NCBI GenBank assembly: GCA_022226955.1
Contig: CP092079.1
Location: 948,015 to 1,012,014 of the forward strand
Direction of reading: 5' to 3'
Length of the DNA stretch: 64,000 nucleotides
DNA from: Nitrospira sp.
Lineage (GTDB): Bacteria; Nitrospirota; Nitrospiria; Nitrospirales; Nitrospiraceae
The stretch's first letter is position 1. Each line of letters opens with the position of its first letter. Positions 55,072-62,606 of the stretch are shown here, piece by piece. Position numbers and translations under genes: made by a program. Below the pieces are notes generated by a model, which did not search any database, had not been told where the DNA came from, and saw only the letters and a program-made list of their open reading frames with translations.

Positions 55072-55890
55072 TCAGCTTTCAATAGTGACGATGTGCGCTT
55101 GGATCTTGCCATCGACAGCGCCGTAACCGAACCGCTTGCCGATGGCCTCCGCCGCGACGTTGGTCGCCTCGCCAAGCCGCGAGGCGTCGCGGGCTTCGAT
55201 CTCGTTTCTTAGGGGTGTTCCCTGGCAGTACGCTATGGCCGGAATCCTGGAAGATGTCGCCCGGCTGCGTACCACGACCGTATCGATTCGGGGCAAGCGG
55301 GCAAACCCACCGCTTGCGAGATCTCGCTCGATAATGCGATGGTCCTGATAGCCGTGGGGCGTGCGGGCCAGGAAGCGTGGCGGGTCATTAGGAAACAAGG
55401 ATTCGAGCGCTGTTGTGACGGTGTCAGCGAATTCGTTCTCTTCGATCCGATCCCACACGTTAAAAATGAAAACCCCTCCCGACCTCAGCACTCGACGTGC
55501 CTCCCAAAACGCTTTTGACTTCTCGGGGAAGAACATCACTCCGAACTGACACACAACGGCGTCAAAAACTCCATCAGGGAAAGGCAACTGCATGGCATCT
55601 GCCTGACGCCACTCCACAGGACGGTTGGTCCCGATCGTGGAAGCCAGGTCGACCATAGGCTGGTTGAGGTCCGTCGCGACAATGGAGACGCTCTCGGGTA
55701 GGACGGCTGCCATACTGCGAGTCACGACGCCCGTTCCCGCAGCAATCTCAAGTACGCGAGCGAGGGATCGCGAAGCTAGCCGATGCGCCAAATCGGCAGC
55801 GTAGGGCTCGAAGATCAGCGGAACCAAATACGTCTCGTAAAGCTTCGGGATCGAACCACTAAAGACGTTGTCGCTTTCGGGATTGTTCAT
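55072..55890 (-). CDS. Class I SAM-dependent methyltransferase (UbiE/COQ5-like), probable gene cassette
   Basis: VLEIAAGTG, ATDLNQPM, QADAMQLPF, DAVVCQFGVMF; start MNNPES. Confidence 0.9.
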   Translation of the reverse strand: MNNPESDNVFSGSIPKLYETYLVPLIFEPYAADLAHRLASRSLARVLEIAAGTGVVTRSMAAVLPESVSIVATDLNQPMVDLASTIGTNRPVEWRQADAMQLPFPDGVFDAVVCQFGVMFFPEKSKAFWEARRVLRSGGVFIFNVWDRIEENEFADTVTTALESLFPNDPPRFLARTPHGYQDHRIIERDLASGGFARLPRIDTVVVRSRATSSRIPAIAYCQGTPLRNEIEARDASRLGEATNVAAEAIGKRFGYGAVDGKIQAHIVTIES

Positions 55891-55960
55891 ACTGTGTGCC
55901 TCGGCTTCGCCCCCGTTGTGCTCTAATATGGGCAAAAGCAGCGCGTTTGCCCGCCGTACA

Positions 55961-56728
55961 TCAGTTGCGTCCGGCCATCACGCCGCCGTCCACGTCCCAG
56001 ATCGCGCCGGTGACCCACGCAGCGTCATCGCTCAGTAAAAATTGGATGGGTCGCGCCACGTCGTCAGCCGTCCCAATGCGCCCAATCGGATGGAAGCTGT
56101 CGAATGCGGCCAAGGTCTCATCAATCTTACTTGGCTCGATGAAGGCCCGGAAAATCGGAGTCTTCACCACGGCCGGGGAGACCGCGTTGACACGAATCTT
56201 CTGATCCGCCAGTTCCATGGCCATGTGTTGCGTGAGTGCATGCAATCCAGCTTTTGCCATCGAATAGGCGGAGGACGGCGTGGCCTTGATGGCCTGCTGG
56301 GCCCACATCGATCCGACATGCACGATAGAGCCGCCTCCGTTCGCCGCCATGTTCTTTGCCACGGCCTGTGAGATGAAGAAGAGCGCTCGATTCAGCTCTA
56401 AGTAGGCGTCATAGTCGGCCTGGGTATGCTCAACAAATGGCGTGGGCTTAAAGTAACCTGCCGCATTTACCAGGTATTTGAGATGGCGCCCATGGTTGCC
56501 AGCCATCGCAATGATGCGTTGGACTTGCTCCGGCTTGTAGAGGTCAGCTTGGTGAGTTTCAACGGGCCCGAGAGCGGATAAGACACGTTGTGCCGACTCC
56601 AGCTTGTCGAGAGACTTACCAACAATGGCCGTTGGTATGCTACGCTGCGCCAACAGCTTTGCCGTGGCGAGGCCGATGCCGCTCGATCCGCCGACGACCA
56701 AGGCATAAGGAGTATTCGACAGTTGCAT
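55961..56728 (-). CDS. SDR family oxidoreductase
   Basis: [31 protein letters not shown]. Confidence 0.93.
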   Translation of the reverse strand: MQLSNTPYALVVGGSSGIGLATAKLLAQRSIPTAIVGKSLDKLESAQRVLSALGPVETHQADLYKPEQVQRIIAMAGNHGRHLKYLVNAAGYFKPTPFVEHTQADYDAYLELNRALFFISQAVAKNMAANGGGSIVHVGSMWAQQAIKATPSSAYSMAKAGLHALTQHMAMELADQKIRVNAVSPAVVKTPIFRAFIEPSKIDETLAAFDSFHPIGRIGTADDVARPIQFLLSDDAAWVTGAIWDVDGGVMAGRN

Positions 56729-56900
56729 GAGATGTCCTCCATCGGTTGGGTTGAGAACTCGCGGCGAGTTTTCTCAACTCATACCTCAAACGAATTATAC
56801 AAATGGTAGTGACGGGGAAAGCAGAACGTCTATCGAGTTGCATTCTTGAACTATTGCTAACAGACAGCGAACTAACAAACCACGGGTCAATATCCATCCA

Positions 56901-57137
56901 TTAGGCGACATTCCTTCGCATCTCGTCATACTGCTCTTTCGTGAGTTCACCGGCTGCGTAACGGCGGTCAAGAATCTGTCGTGGCGTTTCGTATCGATGG
57001 TCTCCCCTCATTCCACACCCCCGTCCCAAGCCTCGCCGCCAGAAGGCGCCTATCATGCCGATCATCACGACAAAAAACAGTAGTGGGAAAATCCACATCA
57101 AACCCATCCCCGTACCAGGTACACACCATGACCACAT
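56901..57137 (-). CDS. Small membrane protein with SHOCT domain
   Basis: TM helix then ILDRRYAAGELTKEQYDEMR. Confidence 0.85.
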   Translation of the reverse strand: MWSWCVPGTGMGLMWIFPLLFFVVMIGMIGAFWRRGLGRGCGMRGDHRYETPRQILDRRYAAGELTKEQYDEMRRNVA

Positions 57138-57318
57138 GAGAACCTCAAGACTTTCACTACGACTACAGCCTCAGTCGCTGCTTGCTGGATTTAGATCGCT
57201 AATGATTTAGCGGCAACGGTTACCGCAACCGCTCACAGGCCCAACCTGGCAATATGCTTGTCGCAAGGAGTCATTCCCGTTCATCCAGTTTATAAGACAT
57301 CCCGGCGCCCGGAGCTAT

Positions 57319-57762
57319 TTAGCCCTGAACATCTTCAATATCGACACCTAAACCGATCCATGCTCGCAAGAGGTCATGCCGTGTCACGGAGTACGCCACC
57401 TTACCGTTTCGTTGGACGGGAAGGTTCAGCAGTCGCTTTTCTTCCATAAGCTTCACTGCCGCATCAATACTGGTCTCCTCAGTGATGGCGATGCGGTCCT
57501 TGGCCATAATGTCCACGGCAGTAAGACGGTTCAAATCCTTCTGCGCTTCTAAAGCGCGAAGAATATCAAACTCGCTCACGAATCCGACAAACTCGCCACT
57601 CTCATCCACAACCGGGGCACCGGGTGTATGGGTTGCCAGTAACTCCACGGCGAGCCCCATGGCGTTTTGCTTTCGCCGAAACACCAGATTATTGGTCGCA
57701 TGGATTTGGCCAACAGATCTGAAACCTCCGACCGGAACTCCAGGTCTTTCTAAAGTCGCCAT
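57319..57762 (-). CDS. Stand-alone tandem CBS domain protein
   Basis: GAPVVDESGEFVGFVSEFDIL and LPVQRNGK...VTRHDLL. Confidence 0.9.
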   Translation of the reverse strand: MATLERPGVPVGGFRSVGQIHATNNLVFRRKQNAMGLAVELLATHTPGAPVVDESGEFVGFVSEFDILRALEAQKDLNRLTAVDIMAKDRIAITEETSIDAAVKLMEEKRLLNLPVQRNGKVAYSVTRHDLLRAWIGLGVDIEDVQG

Positions 57763-57886
57763 TTGGACCCTCCTATAAATTTAAATTGAGTGAGATAACA
57801 CGACATTTAGCTCCCACTCTGCATGCGAGCAGTGGGTATGCAAACGAAATAAGCCACCGTCATTACCAGCCGCGAGAATTCTTTTT

Positions 57887-58336
57887 TTACGATTTTGCGA
57901 ATGATCTGACGTATGAGATCACTTTCCAGGCCTCCTCTTCCGTCAACACAAGCGGAATAAACGGGGCCATGGCCGTCCCTTTGCTTCCATTCTTCAGAAT
58001 CCAAAAAAGCTCGCCGTCTGTCCGAGCCGCTTGCCAGTCCTTGTCCGTGAAGTTTCTGGGCAACGGCCCCCTGAAATTCTCAGGATTGATGTCCGTGCCC
58101 AGGCCTTTGCCGTCGATGCCATGACAGGTGCGACAAAAACCCTTGCCCTCAAAAATCCGTTTCCCCTGCTCGATAATTTCGGCGGCCATAGGATAGGGGT
58201 TCGCCTCGTGCCTGGCGCTGTCCATTTGGTCAGGGGGGACGCGCGGTCTCAAGACTGCTGGGTCAGCCGACCAAACGGTGGACGACATCCCCGCGATCAG
58301 CAACGTTGTAGCCACTAACCGTACGGGCACATGCAT
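57887..58336 (-). CDS. Periplasmic monoheme cytochrome c
   Basis: Signal peptide, CRTCH heme motif, GTAM distal Met; start MHVPVR. Confidence 0.9.
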   Translation of the reverse strand: MHVPVRLVATTLLIAGMSSTVWSADPAVLRPRVPPDQMDSARHEANPYPMAAEIIEQGKRIFEGKGFCRTCHGIDGKGLGTDINPENFRGPLPRNFTDKDWQAARTDGELFWILKNGSKGTAMAPFIPLVLTEEEAWKVISYVRSFAKS

Positions 58337-58558
58337 GATGCATCCTTCAAAAGATCCAAAGGCGGCGCGGCGAGCAGTCAGAGGAGTTTCTGCTGCTTGT
58401 CTTCGCCCGTTTGTTCGTGAGCCGGCCGCTCTTGTGGACTTAGTTGGAACGTGACGCTCTTTGGCCACATATACACTCCGGCAACGATCGCATTAACGTC
58501 AGCCGAATCGGTGAGCAGAGGCTGCACAACATTTGCTTAAAGGCCTTTCCGATAGCGA

Positions 58559-59074
58559 CTATTTATCCGACCGCGGGTGAGTATGGCTTATCGCCTGCGG
58601 GAAGGTCACGGAGCCATCGGGGAACTCTTGCCCCGGCTGCCACAAATGATAGATGACCCCATCGGTCTTTGAGGCCGTCTCTGCAATCTCCGCTGCCTGA
58701 TCGGCTGGCTCTAAGACCTGTAACCGGCCAGTGGCGATTTCCGCCTTGTGATCATGGAAATGCCGATGCCACTGAATGAGTGGTAACTTTCTGGACAGGT
58801 CTTTTGCTACGAAATATTCCACGCCGACAAGCTTAGCATTCGGTGCTGTGGACTCGAACAATAGGCACTGAAAGACTTGATCTGAGGCCGGCTTGCAATA
58901 ATGATGGAACGGCCCTCCCAGGGTACCGTCCGCCATCATATGCGGAACCTGCACATGAATTGTGAACCCCTCCACTGGGGATGGCGTGCCTCCGGCGAAT
59001 GTTAGACCGTTGCCCCAAGCCATGCTGAGTGCCGCGATAAGGACTCCTGTTCTCCAACCCGGTGTGGACTGCAT
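58559..59074 (-). CDS. Exported DUF1264/OBAP-like protein
   Basis: Signal peptide; HHYCK...QCLLFES...KLVGVEYFV...HFHDH..EI. Confidence 0.75.
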   Translation of the reverse strand: MQSTPGWRTGVLIAALSMAWGNGLTFAGGTPSPVEGFTIHVQVPHMMADGTLGGPFHHYCKPASDQVFQCLLFESTAPNAKLVGVEYFVAKDLSRKLPLIQWHRHFHDHKAEIATGRLQVLEPADQAAEIAETASKTDGVIYHLWQPGQEFPDGSVTFPQAISHTHPRSDK

Positions 59075-59118
59075 ACGCCCCTCCTCATAATAAAGTGTGT
59101 GTGATTCTTACGTGCCTG

Positions 59119-59430
59119 TCATGCACAACATGAGACTACGCCCTGGCTCTCAGCGGTCTCGTAGATGCGGATCTCTGGAGGCGCCTGGAGAAACGGCTTG
59201 AGCGTGCCTGCGACGTCTTTGGTGAACAGATTGCTAGTCAGGTATGACTTGGCATTGTCGACGGTATCGAAACCATGGAGCACTTGTACGTCTTCATCTC
59301 TGGCCAACAATTCCTTGGATTTGGCCCCAGTGACCTGCTTTAAGAAGGGGTCTCGATATTTCGTGTACACTTCTGCCGCCGCCGCGCGATCCCGCGCTGC
59401 AACCTTCAGGGTGATCTCTAGATAAGCCAT
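59119..59430 (-). CDS. Small dimeric alpha+beta barrel-like hypothetical protein
   Basis: 103 aa, RBS GAGGAGG; ferredoxin-like beta-alpha-beta pattern judged by eye; divergent from LysR. Confidence 0.7.
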   Translation of the reverse strand: MAYLEITLKVAARDRAAAAEVYTKYRDPFLKQVTGAKSKELLARDEDVQVLHGFDTVDNAKSYLTSNLFTKDVAGTLKPFLQAPPEIRIYETAESQGVVSCCA

Positions 59431-59545
59431 TGTGTCCTCCTCTCACGCTGAATGTGGAATGTGTCTCAATAAGCTTCTATAATTAAACAGATTAGATCAT
59501 TCATTGAGAAATTCTTTTTTTAAATACCATTTATTCATACAAGCT

Positions 59546-60514
59546 ATGAATCTTAGCCAGCTCCGCTTCGTGACGTCCGTCGCATCCACTGGTTCATTCA
59601 CGTTGGCAGCCGCGGAATGCTGTGTGACACAGCCGACGCTCTCGAACGGCATTGCGCAACTTGAAGATGAGCTGGGGGCGCGTCTGTTTATTCGCACCAC
59701 CCGCAGGGTGGGGCTGACGCCCTTCGGTGCGCACGTCTTGCCCTACATGGCAGAGATACTCAAAGCGCAAACCGTCCTCGCCCTTCAGGCGAATGTGTTC
59801 CTTCATCCGGATCAACGCCTCATACGCATCGGCACGTCTCCGCTCGTGGATGCATCGCTGCTCGGACTCATGATTGAGCCATTTCGTCGTGACAACCCGA
59901 AAGTGGACATCGTGCTTCGTGAGATGAACATGACGGATCTCTATCAAATGCTTGATCGAGGGCTGCTCGATTACGTGTTCGGGATGGCAGACACTCCCAA
60001 AAAACGTTGGTCGACCACCATTCTCTATGATGAGCCCTTATTGTTCATTCCGCCCGGACCAGGATGGCTCACGGTGCCACGGCGGGAATCGGTCAATCTG
60101 AAGGACATTTCCAATGAGACCTATGTGATGGTTCCCGATGCCTGCGGTTTAGCACGTGTGACGCGAGCGCTTTTTCGCAGCCAAAAGGGCACCCTAAAGG
60201 AATATTCCGGAAAGGCATTGAGCTATCACGTCCTTCAAGATTGGACAGCTCTCGGGATGGGAGCGGCGATCTTACCCAAATCGAAGATTACGGAGGGTCG
60301 ACAGCTTACCTATCCGATCAAAGATCGTACTGGTCAGGAGGTTCGGATCACGTTCGAGGCAATCTGGTTTAAAAACAAGGCACGCGCCCATCATCTACAA
60401 GCATTTGAACAACATCTTCGCAAGGTTGTTCCACACATCGTTCGGGGCACAGACCGACAAAAAGTAGATGGTAGAGCGACTCCTACTCGCCAACAAAAGG
60501 GTAGAAAAGAGTAA
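59546..60514 (+). CDS. LysR family transcriptional regulator
   Basis: MNLSQLRFV...GSFTLAA..C.VTQPTLSNGIAQLEDELG..LF.RTTR.V.LTPFG; AT-rich divergent intergenic region. Confidence 0.93.
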   Translation: MNLSQLRFVTSVASTGSFTLAAAECCVTQPTLSNGIAQLEDELGARLFIRTTRRVGLTPFGAHVLPYMAEILKAQTVLALQANVFLHPDQRLIRIGTSPLVDASLLGLMIEPFRRDNPKVDIVLREMNMTDLYQMLDRGLLDYVFGMADTPKKRWSTTILYDEPLLFIPPGPGWLTVPRRESVNLKDISNETYVMVPDACGLARVTRALFRSQKGTLKEYSGKALSYHVLQDWTALGMGAAILPKSKITEGRQLTYPIKDRTGQEVRITFEAIWFKNKARAHHLQAFEQHLRKVVPHIVRGTDRQKVDGRATPTRQQKGRKE

Positions 60515-60806
60515 GAATCTCGCTATCACAACCCGCTCTAAGTCACGTTGCGTTTGTACTAAAGAAGCACCGACGTCGGTGGCACGCACAGCATGAGCAG
60601 TTCTTTTCTCCGTCGGCAATGGTGATCTCGGCGCCGCATGGTCATTGAGAACTACGCGCCCGCCCGCGGGTTGCTGATTCACGGATCATGACCAATGAAG
60701 CCCCGATCGCACCATGAAATTAGGTGAGCAAGATTGCCGGAACACGTGGTCAAGAAAGCCGAATTACGCAGCGCTGGCGAACCGGTCCCCCAGGGTGGGG
60801 TTCCGG

Positions 60807-61124
60807 CACCATTCGGACTTCGGCAGTCAGTATGCTGCCACGAGCCACCAGCGCATACTCAATGGGTACGGCTTCATCCCAGCATGAGCCGCAAAGGCAA
60901 CTGCTGGGACAACGCCTGCGTCGAAAGTTTCTTCGGGACACTCAAGTGCGAGATGGTCTATCATCGACACTACGCCACACGAGACGAAGCGAAGCAGGAC
61001 ATTTTCGAATACATCGAGATGTTCTATGCACCGACACTCGCCCCTTGGCTACGACTCCTCGGCCGAGTACGAAGCGCGGGCGGCAGTCGCTTAACCAGGT
61101 GTCCACTGAATTGGGGGAAGGTCC
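60807..61124 (+). mobile_element. IS3-family remnant (3' end of orfB with frameshifts, plus right IR)
   Basis: [47 protein letters not shown] in shifting frames; IR-like TGTCCACTGAATTGGGGGAAGGTCC. Confidence 0.88.
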
Positions 61125-61129
61125 GGTCC

Positions 61130-61306
61130 ATGGCTACGTTTCAACAAAAGATAGCCGAGAAATTTCTTGCCAAGTTGGCGGGCTCCAAGGACGTGGACCC
61201 CGCTAAGGTTAAAGAATTGCGAATCTTACTCGCCGACGGCAAGAAGCCAAAAATCGACGATTTCGTGCGCATCTTCTCCCTTCCTGCTGGCACTGGCATG
61301 AAATGA
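61130..61306 (+). CDS. 58-aa helical hypothetical protein, translationally coupled to the ATPase gene
   Basis: [16 protein letters not shown]...[12 protein letters not shown]; ATGA overlap with the next gene. Confidence 0.65.
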   Translation: MATFQQKIAEKFLAKLAGSKDVDPAKVKELRILLADGKKPKIDDFVRIFSLPAGTGMK

Positions 61307-61911
61307 TAAAACTCGAAACAGCCCACATCGAGGAAGTGCGTGGCATCCGTAAGCTCGACATCGATTTCCGGAAGAGCACCTTCGCGATTTCAGGCCCAAA
61401 CGGCTCGAGTAAGAGCGGTGTCATCGACGCCATCGAATTCGGTCTCACCGGACAAATTGGCCGCCTCACCGGAGGGGGAACCAAGGGCCTGTCCGTTTCT
61501 GAACACGGCCCACATGTGGACAAAACCAAGTTACTCGATGCGACCTTAGTCGAGCTGAAGGTCTTCCTCCCAGCCCTTAACAAATCGGCGACGATTCCCC
61601 GCAAGATTTCGACGCCCAAGAACCCAAAAATCTTCCCTGCTGACGATGATGTGAAAGCCGCTCTCGCCGAAGTTGCCGACCACCCTGAAATCGCGCTTTC
61701 GCGGCGCGGAGATCCTCCGCTTCATTCTTGTCGAACCGACCAAGCGTTCCGAGGAAATTCAAACCCTTCTCAAGCTTGATGAGATCGGCCACACACGCGC
61801 AGCCTTGAATACGGCCAGAACAAGCTGCAGGCTGCGCATACAACCGCCACGGCTCAGGCCAAAGCTAGCCGGGACGCGTTGCAGCTCCACCTCCAGATTT
61901 CAACGCTGCTC
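61303..61911 (+). pseudogene. Truncated, frameshifted SMC/Rad50-like ABC ATPase
   Basis: [16 protein letters not shown]...ISGPNGSSKS (Walker A, G>S); frameshifts near 61707 and 61817; stops at the start of the coiled coil. Confidence 0.8.
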
Positions 61912-62479
61912 GCGGCCTGTCCGGTCTGGCTCCGTGACTTCGTTGAGTTCGCTGTCGAAACAGGACTCCGGCTGGGCGAAATCCTGACCCTCCAGTGGCC
62001 GCATGTCGATTGGCATCAGGGGACGCTCACCGTGGCGGCCGCCACGACCAAGAACGGACTGCCGCGCACCATCCCGTTAAGCGACCGTGCGCTGGCCGTG
62101 CTGTAGCGCCAACAGAGTCGCCCCGGAACTGGGAGCCTTGTGGTCTTCGCAAACCGCACGGGGAACCACCGGACGCTCGGCACCGTGAACCGGGCCTTTT
62201 CGCCGGGCGCTGACCCGGGCCAGCATCACAAACTGCCGCTTCCACGATCTGCGGCACACGTTTGCGACGCGGCTCTGTCAGAACGGCGTCGATCCCTACA
62301 CAGTGCAACGGTTGGTGGGGCATCAGGACCCGAAAATGACGCAACAATACGCGCACCATTCCACGGAGTCGTTGCGACGAGGCATCGAGATGCTGAATCG
62401 GCTGGGGACGAGGCGGCTATCACGATTTTGTCACGCTCAGCCGCATTCGGCACTTGAGGCGTCCGAAGCAGTAGTGTAA
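61903..62479 (+). pseudogene. Phage-type tyrosine integrase catalytic domain remnant
   Basis: ETGLRLGE, TKNG, FHDLRHTFA, LVGH, QQYAH; in-frame TAG at 62104-62106 and a frameshift near 62200-62225; N-terminal domains missing. Confidence 0.9.
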
Positions 62480-62502
62480 TGTATTGAAATATTTGACGCT
62501 TG

Positions 62503-62577
62503 GCTGGCGTAGCTCAATGGCAGAGCAGCGGTTTTGTAAACCGCAGGTTGGAGGTTCAATTCCTCTCGCCAGCTCCA
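62503..62577 (+). tRNA. trnT: tRNA-Thr(TGT)
   Basis: Acceptor stem GCTGGCG/CGCCAGC, anticodon stem GCGGT/ACCGC with loop TTTGTAA, GGTTCAATTCC T-arm, encoded CCA. Confidence 0.96.
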
Positions 62578-62606
62578 CACATTCTACAGGTGGTACTCGG
62601 ACGAAA

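Noticed and set aside
55929-55955. GGGCAAA...TTTGCCC hairpin between the SDR and the cassette start as an upstream attC
   Set aside because: No RYYYAAC inverse core at the right distance; equally consistent with an SDR terminator
56858-56903. Second possible attC after the SHOCT gene (two GTTAG cores on the minus strand)
   Set aside because: No internal palindrome or matching inverse core with the correct spacers
60568-60581. Perfect 14-bp palindrome CACCGACGTCGGTG after LysR
   Set aside because: Single GC-rich occurrence with no associated promoter or U-tract; no function can be supported
61903-62479. Integrase remnant as the IntI partner of the attC cassette
   Set aside because: It lacks the IntI-specific insertion after the catalytic Lys region and resembles phage integrases; it is also 6 kb away
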